From: Balanoglossus misakiensis
Taxonomy: Eukaryota > Animalia > Hemichordata
Reading direction: 5' to 3'
DNA: 64,000 nucleotides
NCBI GenBank assembly: GCA_040954595.2
Contig: CM082588.2
Location: 1,929,027-1,993,026, forward strand
Shown: positions 12,401 through 27,406 of the stretch, piece by piece
Position numbering within the stretch: the stretch's first letter is position 1
Layout of the letters: each line of letters opens with the position of its first letter
Made by a program: the position numbers and the translations under genes
The notes under the pieces: generated by a model
What the model was told of the DNA's origin: nothing
Databases searched by the model: none
What the model saw: only the letters and a program-made list of their open reading frames with translations

Positions 12401-15400
12401 TCGAAGCCTTTTCACACAGTATTTGATGGGTACTTGGTATGTTAAATTATGCACACACTGAAATGGACACCTGTACTGTCAGCCAGGAAGCGGGTTCTTT
12501 AATTGATCTTCACACCCGGCCCTGAAAATGTCGAAAGTGGTTCAAAAATTCCATGATGCGTTTTGTATGAATCATTCTTTTCATGGCTACAGTCCACCGT
12601 GGTTCCATTGGTATAAAACGACGGACATAACATGTCCTTCAAGATGTTTCATCAGTCGTCACCGTGTCTGTTGCTAGACTATGATGATATGAATGCGGTG
12701 CACCGCGTGCTGCCGGCGGAGGTCAGGTGACTTCACAACATAATGTCACTATTCCTACAAGTGCAATTATTCCCTACAATAGAACCCTACAAATCATGAA
12801 TATCATAAACTAGACAGAAATATTCCGATTTTGTTGCCCAAAACGCGGCAGTTTTTGCCACCATGACGCGCGCGCGTAAACTGACAGAAACCACAAACAG
12901 CGAATGACCAACAAGGCGATAAATGTATTTACACTTTCAATCGTGTGTTATAATACCGGCAAAAGTATCATCAGCAAAGTACCGGCGCTATATGGTATTA
13001 TTCAGATAGAGTTACGTAATCAATATCTCATGACAATAAGATTCAAGCTGGAACTGCGCGCTTATGCAAAACAGCGCGGTGTCAATTTCATCTCATCATC
13101 ACAGCATACATTATGAAAGACAATGAGAACATGATATATGTTATTAGATTTCATGTAATGCCCGCGTCATGAATTTTTCATTTTTTTGGCTGAGAGCTGA
13201 TTCTGTCACGACCAAGCCATGCAGAAGTCCTCCACAGCTTGGAATTGAATGATGGAGATGAACCGCCAGTGAAAACGGCATCGACTTTGCCACCGACAGC
13301 TGTCGTATACGTGTCGTCATAAATTATAGGGTACTCCGCTCACAGCTGCTGGTTGTTCAGTCATAAGGAATTCTCCAGGCAATTATGGATGATAGGTAGA
13401 ATGGGGGTAATACAAAGCAAAGGGCATCAAGTACCCCCCTTTTAGAGTTTATATTATGGCGATGCCAATTTAGCAATTTTGGATAACGACAATCGACTGT
13501 CTACTTATGAACTCAAGCCAGATTATCAGACATTTTTGCTTTAAACTGACGGACAGTTAGTTATACGCGCTCGATCAGAATCGTTGCAATGCCCGGTGTG
13601 TCACTAATATCTTCAAAATCGTCAAGATGAAAAATTCATCATGATTCTAAATTTAAAAGTTTCAGATAGCATCATTTTTTGTGTGCTCAGCTATCCTCTC
13701 CGACGGACAGTCGGTGCTCGATCGGCAACTTCAAAGCCACACTCAGTGTGTCACATTTTCAAAATCATCAAGTTGTATTCCGATTTTAGACTTTGATTAC
13801 ATCATGGCATTGTGCTCAACAGTAGATGTGTGCATATGTTTCTGTATTGTAGTGGTATGAGAAACGCGGAGGTAGGTTTGAGATTAGGGCCACACTGATG
13901 AGAAGCAGACACCCATTTGTACCCTCATATACAGTCTGGAGGGCATCACACACAGAACCGTTCAATGACAATAAAGGCGAATAGCAACCGATAAGATAAA
14001 CCAACTCTCCTGAATTAGCCATAAAATATCTCGAAAGTCTTTTCATCTTATATTTCTGTTTATACGAGTATCCGATAAAAGGAGGACCCATGTCAAATGG
14101 CAGTTAAATGTTACACGGAAATGCCCTAAAGGCGTACTGAACCGACATATTTGACCATCACGTGACCATCCCGAGTGAACACTGGTGAAAGTCACCTCCT
14201 TGATAGAGAGATATGACGTGATTGTGTGGTGAAGAAAATTAAACTAACTTCATAGCTAGTGTACATGTATTTGTACACATATTAATTTTCAAAGATATAC
14301 CCTGGGACACTTTGCCAATTATTCTGTTACAGACTTTATGGATGGTCTGGTCCCTGCCAAGCAGTCGACGATGAATGTTCGCGTCGACATGGGCCGATAA
14401 GTTTGAATACGGATCAGATTCTTTCTGTCGTGTCGCAGACAGTTTTGACAGGCAGTTTTTGTCTTGCCTTTCTTAGTAGCACAGAGTGAACTGTAATTGG
14501 ACCACGGAGTCCGCTCCATGCAACGAAACTAAACAATCATGCGGTTTATGACAGTTTTGTTTCTGTTCTGTTGGTCAGAAACACCACAGCCGCTTAAGCG
14601 CTTTGCGAAATTCAACCCTACGGACAAAATCAAACTCAATATCATCTCCATCAACCTATAATGCCACGAATGGACTCAGTAAGCACTACAGTAAAATGTA
14701 ACTGAAGCCTCGAGCTCCAATATGGCGACCAGACTGCCAGGACAAAAACAGACACGCCAGAAATTATGGCTGTGCGCAGTAGTGACATCGATTAAACGGT
14801 TATTTACTGCAGATTCGGGAGCAATTTTGAAACATGTGACCTCTGATCCGAACCAAAGTATATACAACAGTTTCTCCTAAAATATCCGATTAGCTGCTCT
14901 GGTATTACACCCTGTACACCGTAAACATGTCATGTTTAACGACGGGATATCATTTTTTCTACAGCAGAGACAGAAACGCAGAAGCAATTTTATCTCTATG
15001 GTGATACCGCTAACTTCGAAATAAAAAAAACTTTGGCCAGCAGTCTATACTTGACCAACAAACATTCAGAAAGCGAAACCATTACGTCGGTAAGAACCAC
15101 GTCTAAGCATGAAACTGCCTATCCAGTGTATGATACAATGATATGACTAAACATCTTGTACTCAACAGGCGTGTAAAAACACAGCAGCGTGTGGAACGCT
15201 GCTCTCAGAGGAAATTACAAGCGGCCAGGATTAATTGAAGAGGTGGCCGCGGACCAAGACTTTTCCGCCATTTGCTCTATATAATTCGTTTGATTAATGA
15301 CTACAGTCTTCACTCTATCATATCACCACGAGAGAAGCTGGCCACTTAGTCTGGTCCTGGTGTGGACCGCGCGAGCAGGCGCACCGAAAGCAAGAACTGG

Positions 15401-16189
15401 TCTGGGACACCGTGTGAGTATGATGTCACCAAGAGATTTGTTTGAAGGAGAACCTTCTCCCTCAACTTGTCTACATCGAAATAAGGGTCACATGTACTTG
15501 TAACTACAGGACCCTTGTTTCAAGTTGGCATGGCGACGCCTTCTTCGCCCACGCTGCCCATCATGCCCGGCGCCAACCACTAAGCTATGCCTGGGGGCAC
15601 AGGCGGTGTAATTGTAAGCACGGTTGTGTCCACGGCGGATGTACCTCGACTGTACAGAGAAAGTTATTTCCGCACCTTGTAATATAATTATATAATAAGG
15701 GGTGTGGGGTGCCAGAAAAGATGGAGTTCTACCTTCCTCGGTCCTGCACGAACAACCCCTTAACTCAAATAATTGCACTTCAAACATCCGTGCGGCCGCG
15801 GCCAATAATGCGTCTATTGTATGTGTGATATGTACGTATGTTTTCCACCGAAGCACAATTTATCATGATAAATTCTAATTACTACCAAAATGTCTATTCA
15901 AGCGCTTTCAATAGTTTAAGACTACTACTAATATCATCACGCGTGTTCCAAATCCCGATATGCGCATTTTTGGGGACTGTTCAGTCTTCTGCGCATGACA
16001 CCTGTTTCCAGCACAAATAGGTCGTCAACATATAGACAAAACATGCAAAATAAACTCTCAATAAATCATCCAAGCATGTGCTATAGCATTGTCGTATTCT
16101 TTTTTTTTCATTCCGCCTCGGGGTGAAATTCAGAAAATTTCGACTCGACATGAAATGAATTTACATATGTATGAATAGGGAAACGTGTT

Positions 16190-17010
16190 CGATATTTTTG
16201 GGGCAGTCATGAAATGTGATGGGCCTCTCAAAACGGCCAGGTTTCAACCATCTTTACAAGGATTTGGATCCCACATCATCGATATGATGAAGTTTCATGG
16301 GATTATAAAAGTATAAGGCTGAATTTTATAGTTATTTACAGCGAACATTTTCTTCGATCCCCATTTAAATAATTCACACGCCGAAGTAAATTGTAAATAA
16401 TTCATATTACATCCATCTTTCATTTCTCGCTCATTGCAAGACGATACAACGTTGTAATTTAAGAACATGGTTCTATTTATCCTATTAACCTCGCGTGAGT
16501 CAATGTCATATTGGGTTCAGTTCTTTTTTCTTACAAGTTTGTGCGCGAATAATTTTAAAACCTATCTCCGCCATTTTGACAAACCTGGCTAATCATGTAT
16601 CACAGGGATTCTGAATACCAAATTTCAAAGCACGAAATGGCAAGGAGTGCCTCCAAAATGCAACGTTGCATATTTCCTTACCAGTTTAATACATCTCACT
16701 CAGATTATTCCCAGGGAACGACACACCACATTTCACAATATTCTGAAAAGACTGTCTAACAAAATACCGCAAAAATTGTCCCAATATCATATTGTATATT
16801 TCTTTACAATTTTGACTCGGGTCATCCCTGGAGAGCCGATGCTTGCATTTGGTATAGATCTTAGCAAGTGTTTTATACAATGAATGACATATGACCAGAG
16901 GTGTAGGAGGAATTAATTATTGATGGCCCTATGCATTGCGGACGACGACGGACAATCGGCCTTTCAGATAAACTCCGCCCAACGAATACGAAATTCAGTT
17001 ACAGAGCTAC
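16190..17010 (+). mobile_element. Degenerate non-autonomous element resembling Helentron-associated interspersed elements (HINE/DINE-1-like)
   Basis: Several diverged internal repeats share ccat(c/t)tt(t/g)acaa, (c)cagg(g)a and (a)aatttca cores (about 16245, 16570, 16710, 16800). They are followed by a ggacgacgacggac microsatellite-like tract (about 16940) and ataaactc...gagcta end motifs. Boundaries are approximate and the family call is by eye. Confidence 0.4.
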
Positions 17011-20000
17011 CGTACACATGCATCTATTTATGTCACATTAATATATAATGAAAGATATAAATTATCATTTGTTCTAATCTTTATAAATTGAAGAAGACAA
17101 TTGCAATTTCTAATAATACAGTTCCTGGTGGTCGTCTATTTTTGATTGGTAATTAGTGTACAAATTGAATACAATCATTTAAAAAGATCTAGTCGATTTG
17201 AATATTCCCCCATTTTTCAGATAAATTAGGGTGATAAAATTTAAAGTGAGCCCATGATTGCTGTTAATGATCATGTTCAATTAAAACTCCTCGGCCTGTG
17301 ACTGAATTATATTTGTGAGGGTTCGTTCAAGTCGCATCACAGATAAAAACCCGTTTTAAGAGCAATGTCTGAAAAAAGCGTCGGTTATTCAAAGAATGTG
17401 ACCTTCGCGCTCAATTTGGAGATTTTTTCCGAAGATTCCCACACTCCATTTTGAGAGTGAAGTAGTGACATCCATACGGAATCGAAACTCTTCGCTTTTC
17501 GTTTGATTTGTTTTAACGGGTGACTTATTTTAGCCCGTACATCCGGGAAGTATCGTTTTCTGGTGTAAAAAGATGACATTTATTACATGTAGGTTATTTT
17601 CGTTCGTAGCTGGTTCAGCGCCATCGCAATCACTCATGAACACGCCAGGGGCGTCTGCTGCTTGATTGTTCCCAGCTTCTCGTTGCCGATTGAACTTTGA
17701 CCTCTTGGTGGGGTCACAGTCAGTTAATTTAGTGCATCTTATGACAGCCACGCATTGAGTTGCATGTCACATGCATTCTGCTTTGTCTATTCTCTGATAT
17801 GAACAAACTGATGAAAAATACCCCATAAATAATCAGTCCTTTTGTTATATGCAGAGGGTCGCATTCTTTTCATGCAGCTACATTACCCCTCTATGCAATG
17901 TTGTCACGGGTTTATGCGCGCGACACCAAACAGCAATGACAAGATAAAAATACCACAATAACACAATGTGCAGAGAATGCAGACATACCATATTAGTTTT
18001 GTTTAGCTTTGAGAATGTCACAGTGTTTTTGTTTGAATATGAGAATGCTGGCAATTTTTACGGGTACGTGGAGACCAGAACTTTTCTCACGTACGCTTCA
18101 GCAGTTTTGGCATCATCATAATGGCGCCCCTCGGGTGTCTTGCTTTCGGGGTGTTTGGGTGTAGAAGTTATTTCGGGCATGAAAGTCATAAATATGAATC
18201 TCACGAGCGTTCCAGCCTCTTTTCTGTGCATTTTGCAAAAACAGATCTACTTGAAAAATATCATATTCAACATGACCAATTCTAACCAGGCTGCTTCAAC
18301 CTTCCCAGGACAACTTCTCCACTTCCCCCTCTTCACAAAAGAGCGCCTATCGACGTCACCTTTCCAAGTGCCAATTAAGACACTATTTTAGGGTCGTGTT
18401 TACCACTAAACAAAACAATAAAAGCCACAGTTGTCTGGCAGTTGCAACATCCCACTGCACACGGTCAAATTGTCCATCGACGCGCGACTGATCGACGAGC
18501 AGACCACAAGAATTATTGGTCCCTTGGACAATGAGGTCCATACCGCGGGCACACAGGTGGGACGGACCACTCGCAAATCTTTCAACGCACCTTGTCGGCG
18601 AAGACGACCCATCAGTTGTCTTGTGTGTTTACAAGTATTTCGTCAATGCATGGTATGATGGTTGACCCCAGATTTTGGCCTATGGCAACTCCACGCATGG
18701 TTTACCGGCTTTAAAAGTTGCCAGAAAGGCTTATAAAATTGGCACCTCGATGCATCCAAGTCTACCGCGTCTAATGTTTCTGTTTTGTTTTGGATGTTTT
18801 TATCTATGAGTGTGTTTACACCTCCCAGTAAATTATCTCGTTTAACATTAGAGTAACCATGGCGGCAACGAAACTATTTGAACTTCGGTGTTCGCCCAAG
18901 TGGTTCATTGTAAATCAATGTTAAAGCACCTGTCCAAAATGAACCCAGCGATGACATTATTGGTGATGCGTTCACTGTCAAGTTCCGCGGTCAAAAAAGT
19001 ACGGTCTTGACATACAGAGTACTTTTGGAAAATTCCTTGCAAAGCAATATTTATTTTCCCTTGTGTCCGACCTAACTCTGACTAACTGTGTGCGGAGCGA
19101 AATGGCCAATCAATGGGCGGAGGGACTGTGGTCCAATGTGTCTGGTAAACATAGTAAAAAAGTTGACCCGAACCCGAGCTCAGTCGTTGTCAAAAAAAAA
19201 ATAGTATACACAACCAACTCAGTTTCAAGTTTTGCTAATATAACGAAACAGTAGCGGGATTTGTGGTAACGGTTTAGTATCTGATAAGGCTTATCAGTAT
19301 GGGAAGCCATTAGTGCTGTCTCCGTTGACTCGTTAATTTCTCGCGAAGACCAATTGGCCCCCGTGGTTCTCGCAGTTGAGGACTGGAATGTATCGCGCAG
19401 TCGCCATGCTATCTGTCAATATAAATCTTTTCATGGAGATTCTGTTCTAATTCATCGCGTTTTCTTGCCGAGATCTGGGGTAATATATTTAAGAGGATTA
19501 GAGTATCGCCTCGTTAATATTAAATTTGTTTGGGTTACTGTGTGCGAGAGATCATAACGCGCGCGTATTTGCACTATATATCAAATACATAGATACGCAT
19601 ATCGTGTTATATATTGATCTCTTGTCGCTCCTTCTTCTTGTACCTATGACGTATCAATCATTAACAGGGGGTGGGGGTTGAAACGTATCCGAAAAGAGAG
19701 AGTTTTTTATCCAAATGCAAATGTTGAAATCAAATTACTAAAAATACGAATTGACCCCCTCTCTCGTCCAATCACCATCAACCAATAATGGAAATAATTA
19801 ATCATAGACCCGTACTTTCAAGTTCCGACGGGAAAACTACTTAATATGTATCGAATCCAAGTTGGAACTGAGCATATCAGGAAGTACTCAAACACCACTT
19901 AAGTTTTTTGTCTCTCTAAACGTCAGTCATCACAACTCGGATTGAAAAGAAAAAAAAACACGAGCGAATCTCTATTTTCGCCTTCTCTAATTGCTAAGGG

Positions 20001-21169
20001 TGTTAATGCGTTTATTCAGAGGCCATCATTACATGCTATTGTCTATTACAAGTTGAAATAAACACAATTAACGGTTCAAACAACACCCATTATTGTGTTG
20101 TTTTATGTTAGAAAAATACCATTATTCGGGGGAAAAGCCGGATTTTGGATTTTCACCACCTCCGTTACAATTACAACTCATGTTATCGATTCTGATGTGA
20201 TGTTCTTCGATTTTTGCCTGAGTGTATTTGTGCTGTACGCGGCGGCCATCTTTGTCGGTCACATTTTTGTCTTTTGTGGACAGAAGGTCTTGAGGGCCAC
20301 TCAGCGGGGAAGTAGCGTGCTCGGCAACCACCTGTTTGCACTAATCCGATTTTTTTTCCAGACCTACATGGCCCCGCTCGTAAAGTCTCCAAGTACACGG
20401 CGCTGCGATAATGATCTCTCCCACGTGCCTCGCCAAATGCACATGAACTAGGCGATGAATCGGGCATTAAAAGCAATCGCTTTTACTTACAGTGGTCGTC
20501 GGGCGATTCAGATATGTAAATGATTTTGTATGACCATCTCCGGCTCCCCAGCGCGTCGATCGGTCACAAATGACCGCCTCGTCTTTCAACGCGAGACCCC
20601 CGTCGAAACTGTACGACCTCGCCTGTCTGCGACATGAATGGACGCGTCAATATACTGTAGACGACAGTTGAAGTGCGCTTTATTTGGCCAATGCTGTCAG
20701 ATAAAACACCACTCTGGTCATTTTATCTTAGTTTATCGCGGCGAGCGTGTTGCTAGGTTTGCCGAGGATCACTTGAAATATTTGATCGCAGTTGCTAGGC
20801 GAGTTTTGGGGTGATGTCTGAAAATACAAACGTTTGTTTTTTGTCCGTGTAAAGAGCTCTGCACACATAGAGTTGTCACAGTTTGACGGACAAGTGCAGA
20901 CCCAGACTAACATGTAACCGTTGGAGCCAGCCATGTTTTTCATGGTCTGTCGCTGCATGAGCGGATTTTTCTTTGACGTTCAAGGCTCTACAGATCTGTC
21001 AGCTGTGCATGGATCATGGTTCTGTTTTCTCCCCCGAAGTGTTAATCCGTGACCATGTACATGGTATACATGTACTAGTACCTCCATGATGGAAGGGTGT
21101 TGATTTTCGTATCAAACGTTCTGTGACATTGTCTGTTCATTTATATATCCTGCCTGGTTTTATCCCCGA

Positions 21170-21270
21170 TTCTCTCTCCCCCCCCCCTCCCCTCCTGCCC
21201 CTCTCATCCTGTCTCCGCCTTCCTCCTTTTCTCTGCCTGTCTCTGTCTCTCTGTCTGCCCTCTCTCTCTA
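21170..21270. repeat. CT-rich polypyrimidine / degenerate (CT)n-(CTGT)n microsatellite
   Basis: tctctctcccccccccctcccctcctgccc...ctctgtctctctgtctgccctctctctct. Confidence 0.8.
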
Positions 21271-24200
21271 AGGTGGATTGTATCCATATCCCAGCTTCAC
21301 CACCCAGAATCCCTTTGCTATAGAATTGTGCTACGTGCACCCGCAGCGATTAACCGCCTATCATGAACATCTATTGACTGTACACGGATATTGGATTCCG
21401 AACTCACCGTGACCGGAGTATATCGATTTGCGAGGAACAAAACCCTAAACAATCATAACAACAAATCAAAGAAAGCGTCTGAGGAGATCGGTTGGCGTCG
21501 TGCCTTCGATTTTTAATTATTTCAATTATACGGTCTAATCAAACCGTGAATCCGTCCTTTCATTGTGTCAAACAGGACCCGGGCAGCGCGTTTAGGAAGC
21601 GAAGTACCAGAAAAATGGGACCGTTTGTTGGCCGCATCGGTTCTGTCAGCCGTAAGTAATTTACTTACTGACCAATCCAAGGACACGTGATGGGATTTTG
21701 TATGTGAAGAGTAAACATGGCATTCAATCAAAGATAGAGGGCAGACAACCTTGTACCGGATTATGGGAATTAACCACCGCGGGGCACTCGGTCACGAGAA
21801 CTTCCATATGTGAGAGGAAGAGTGAATATACTGTGTCCGTGTGTGTGGACATAGCCCCTTGAAGGACTGTGGTTTGGGTGGCGCATATTTTAGTACTCAA
21901 AGAAGTTCACACTTCGCGATCAAATTCCACCAGCAGAGCATTGTGTATTGTGAGTGAGTTTCAGTATGTGGACACAGCTGAAACGTCCAGTTCTTTTTCA
22001 TCATTAAAACGCCATTTTATATATTAAAAGCTTTGAAGCTTTTTAGGAAGGCACTTTGACACTGTCCAATATATCTTGTTTTCCCATCTCGTTAAGGCGC
22101 CAGTTCTCTTTATCTGGAAAGTAATTCTGGAATTCGAATTTTGAAAAAGGTGGATTGTGTCTCATAGATCATTGTGCCCCGAGATCGCAGAGGCAGTGTG
22201 GTCCGCGTTTTTTTTCTATTCCTGGAGGTGACGTCACTCTCTGATCTCAGTGTTTTGGTCATGTATTCGTGTGAAACTTTCGGGTCAATTAAACAGGGAA
22301 TGCGAGCGTCGCATAGTTGTTGGGAAATTTGCATTTTTTCGACAGAGTAGTGGGTGAGTTTGAAGGCGTGGGACTCCCCAACTCAGCGCTTGACTGCACA
22401 GTTGTGCAAGTTTGCTCTGTTTAGCCTTTCGGCGGAAGAAATACGATCACCGATAGATCAAAGTACGCTCAACTGTGTATATATCATTTCTCTACTCTTT
22501 TCGGGCGATTTTCACGACTTGAAATAAATCGAAATTTTGCATATTTGAGTTTGCCCCTATGCCTGACCTGCGTATCGCGGCAAGTGGTCTCGGAATATTT
22601 GTACCGACAAAACTCAACCAAATTATAACCTCTGCTACCGTTTGGGATGATAAAAATTCATTTTATCATTGCAGTGGAAGTCCGTGATAAATCGTCCCAC
22701 GTGGGTGGTCCTGTAAATGTTTCAGAAAATATCATTTACAGCGGAACATGTCAATTCCCTGGACACTTATTGGCAATATATTAAATTAAATACGCGTCAT
22801 GTAAAGTGGTTATGCTTCGCTCCCGTGGGGGAAATAAAATATTAAGTTTCGAATTTGTGGTTCATAATTGTGTGGGGAGGGGCTGTACTTTTATGCCACC
22901 TTAGACTATAAAGAAGGAAGAAATTAGAATCTAAACTACACAAGGAAACCTAGCTCGAGCTCTGTATATCGCGACGAGTGGTCTGATACGGGGGAGCCTC
23001 ATTGAAAGTGGTCAGTGGTTAAAGATCCGCACTCACATAACCACCTGCTTTGTTTCTGGAACAATAGCAGCTCAGAATGCCTCGCTCCGCACGTGACGTG
23101 TCGTAGACAATCGGGCTAATTTATCGCCGACAAAATTCAAAATAGTTAATTAGCAATCAACTACAATGTCAGAATGACAGTGCTTTCGATTAATTAACCG
23201 GATTTTCCAAGATCGGCGAAAGTTTGCAATAAACAGGTCAGACGGTTAACCTAAATTATGCGGGTATCTAAAGAAATATTCTCTACTGCAGACATGCCAT
23301 TTCGCCGTTTTGTCGCTTCCCTAGACTGTTAATTATTTGGTAAAATTACTTTCTTTTTAACCCCATCTACTTTCCCCCATTGACTGTTAGACATTGGGAT
23401 ATCTTGCGATATTTACGGCAAATGCACAATCTGAACTCTCAGTCATGTGTCATTCCAGTGCGATGCGTTTTATTTTTAACCCGGAAGGAGAGGAGGGGGG
23501 AGGGGGGGGGGTCAAAGAATGCCTAACATTCTCCAGTCGCCAACTCGCAAGAAAGACTTGATTAGCGAATATTGTGCCGGTGAAACGAGCGGAAAAGAAT
23601 CTGGCAAATATGCGCGTTCTGTTCGTTTTGTGATTTCACAATAACGTGAAGTATCCACGATATTTCTCCAATCAGAGCCAGGGCTCGATTCTGTCATTAC
23701 TTCTTTGAACGGTTTTCTTTTAACCCTCGTTTCTTAATTAAGATCTCTAAGGTGATGTGTAAGATGCGTGAACTAAGAACCAAGAATGGCGACTCTGTTG
23801 GAACACGCCGCTCTGTTAATTAATACGCGACTTCGCATTTTGTCAGCTTATTTATCGAGAACACAGCGCCGTCTCCAAGTAACCCTGGGTGGTGCCACTT
23901 GGTCGCTATGGAATGGCGGTGTCGTTCATTCGCGAGACCTGTTTTAATTTTGCCCTAACGATATGCATACTTGATTTATTTGAGGTTACTTAAACCCGAA
24001 TCACAAGACTACACACCCTGAAAACAATGGGAAAAACTTCTATTAAAATAATAACAAAAATCATCAACAGTCTCTGTGCGTACATGCTCTTAAGCGTTTT
24101 CCTCTCCAGTTTCCGACCCCCGTCGGGTCACTCTCGGTTTATCTAGACTTAGCGTGCATAAAAGAATCTTCATGAATCCAAACCTCGTTGAAAATGCCAC

Positions 24201-26837
24201 TTTCAGGTATTCTACAATATATACCATTTATAGGAGCACTGCTCAGTTTATTTTGCCCGGTAATGCAATGTTTACGAACTGTTTACAAATTCAAATTATC
24301 CACGGTAAACTTTCACCTACGGGGACAATGACAGTGTTACCGCATCTCGGCGTCTTTTGTCTCCGTCGCATCGCACTTGGACTTAAGCCGTCAAACTTGT
24401 ACGGACACGCTCCGCTATTGTTTCCCCAAAGCAAAAAGTGAGAATGGCCCTTCCATATTTATTGTGTGCTCTTAATTTGAGTGTCTTCCTTAATTAGGCT
24501 ATTTAGCTGCGGGCATTGTTCTCTACTGGCTTATCCGTCGTCGGGTTTGTGGCGGGGCGAATGTGCTGCCTTTGTGGTTGACAAAAAAATGACAGACACT
24601 AATTATTGCGGTCTACGGACACGTCTCCCCAGTGACAGCGGCTCGGAGTCTGCATCGATTCCATGTTCATATTTCATGACAATAATCAATTCCATATTCC
24701 TATTTCAGGAAAAAGAATCTAAAACCCTTTTGGTGTAACGCGAAACAGCTTGCGATTGAACTAAATACGTGAAGCAGTATCTCAATAGTATCAAAACACG
24801 ATGGTGTGAAAATCGTCAAAAAACTGACAAAAAGACCTATTAAAAACACAGTCAAACCACAATACCTACAAATCGACTGACAATTCTGAAAAAAGTGTTT
24901 CATTTGGAGACCTTTCACACTAAAGAAATAACCATTGTATATCATATTATGTGTCAATTGGCCTTTTCGATAACGATGCGCGCAGCTGGTGCCGTTACGA
25001 CGAGAAAAATTGTCCACAGGCTTACATACGACTCGACAGCGTTAAACTATATTCATCAACAATAACAACAACAACAACAAGGGTCCTCTTGTGGTGTTGT
25101 ACGCTTGAAACGATAATCGGCTTTAGACTAACGTCTCTGACAATAAAAGTGAACATTCGCAGAACAGTGCAAGGTGTCTCAAGACACGCAGAAGTTTTAT
25201 ATGGAATGTTTCATAAGTCTCTTCTGCAATGGAAAGCCATTTAAAATTCATTGTATAAATTTAGTTTTACAACACCCGTTGGCTTGTACCCGGTCTATTC
25301 TGACGAGTCCCGGGGCCATTTTCTGTATACATGATGAAGTGACTTGATTGGAATTAAATTCTAATTGAAATGAATTCCAATTGGGAAATGGGGTCAGGGT
25401 ATTGATAAAGTGGCAAGTAAGAATGGCTTCTCTATTTGTTAAAATTTATAGCTAATCCCTTTCGTGATATTTTTTTCTATTTTGTGATTATTTTTTGTTA
25501 TTGCACACCACGCCTCCGTTCACAGATATGGCGCCCTCAATGAAGAGATATTCTCAAACGAAAGAAATGAGCTATGAATATGCACCATATTGCCACTGAC
25601 TAATTTGCATACTTGATCGACTGTAATATATATTTCTATATTCGTCGCAAGTACCTTCCAGCAGTGAACTGGCTCATTAATACATTATAAAACCTTGGTG
25701 GTGTCGGCCATGTATAAAATCCTATTAAAGAACCGTGGTGATAAGGTGCAGAATTGCACAATTCAGAAAACGTATGCATCTGAATATTTCAATTACAGAG
25801 GGCGACTTTACTGGTCAGTATGAGGCAGTTTACATGAGAGTGAGAGTTCCTTTATTTCCAATATTCAACTGTAGGAGGCGTTTGTCCGTAACCCGACTCG
25901 AGTCTATCGCCTACAAGAAGTTATGTCACTGTTGAGAAAACTATCACAAAGGTGCTAGTTAAAGACAATCACTGACCCATGGTGACTGGCCAAGAGAGAC
26001 CTTTCAAATTGTAAGCCAGTAAAGTTTTCTGAAGAAAGTTCGGCTGAGCATAGCCGGAAGGCAAAATATAATTGAACAACCATTTACATTTTGCCTGTCT
26101 TTTATACATGGGTCTCCACTGAGCCAGTGGTTCTATCTCCAGGACGACAGCGCCATGTTAACAGAATAGCAAGCCATAGACAGCACAGCGAGATTTTCCA
26201 TTGTCTATCAACGAACACCTAGCTATATAAGCTCTTTACGCGCTTGGCGAAACTTCACAAACACGCGGAAATAAATTCACAAATGTGAACCTTCGCTTCG
26301 ATTATTCAGGGCCGCACCTTTTCATTATTTATTTTCAGAGCTACTTTCCCTTGGACAGCTCAACAAAAGAACCAAACTGGTTCAAAATGGCGCCGATGTG
26401 ATTGATTACGTCACTGGCATGTGTCATTGCACTGGCCATTGTTACTCCTCTGGCCCCGGCATAGACGAACTGTCATGAAATGGGGTCAAAATGTATGCTT
26501 TAGAAGACATACTCTCCAAAATAGAAAAGGCAGCCGAGATCATATCGATATTCTTGTATCTTGAAGGCATTGAAGCTTTTAAATACAGCCCCTTTATGTA
26601 GGGCTGTGACTTGGGGCTATATTTTGAATCATGATGATGAAATACATACATACATGTACAGTATATGTATTTGGACAGCATTGTTGTTGTTTTTCAGTGT
26701 TGTTGAGAATATCGTATGGCAATAATGTGTTCACGTGCCCCACACCCTTGCTTGAACTTGCGATTTTCGAACATTCGCTCTGAATTACAACAATTTACTT
26801 CCGTGTTTATTTCTATGAAGTTCAGAATCGCTGAGTC

Positions 26838-26901
26838 GTTTCCCTTAGCAACCAAGAAGACAGAGTGGGAGGGCGTGACAAAGAAGAGGGGCTGGGCGGA
26901 G
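26838..26901 (+). promoter_or_regulatory. Candidate promoter elements upstream of the 27407 gene: RFX X-box-like site plus Sp/KLF boxes
   Basis: GTTTCCCTTAGCAAC (26838-26852), GGGCGTG (26871-26877) and GGGCGGAG (26894-26901), about 500 bp before the ATG. Motif-level evidence only. Confidence 0.3.
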
Positions 26902-27406
26902 CATATTATGTTCATCATGAACACAGCAAAGTTTGTACATTTACATTATTCGAAATAACATGGTACCTAGTACCTTACAAAACGAAGAAATTATCCAAGA
27001 GTGCACCTTGAAATATGCCGTCAACCGGCGTGACACAGACCTGAAAGTTGGCATCAAAGATATGACCATAAATGGAACAGGTCGTACGTGCCGTATAACC
27101 CGGATGTTAGATAAGCAGTTCGAATGACGTCATAGCAGTGTGTAGATTTTGGCAGACGCCTCTGTAGTACATACTGTTTGATTGCATATATAATTTTAGT
27201 ACTTTAAGGTCACGCGTTATAGTGTCCTTAAGTCTCTAGTACGTTCAAGTACTGCTGGGTGACCTTTGCTGACTAATACCTAACCGGGGTCAGTTTGTAT
27301 TTTTTACTTCCTTCTGAGTGGAGAGTGCACTGGTAGAGACCGGCAGACGTACACCGTTCCCATAAGATGTAATCAACAACGAGAAAACCCAAGAGAACAC
27401 GTAAAC

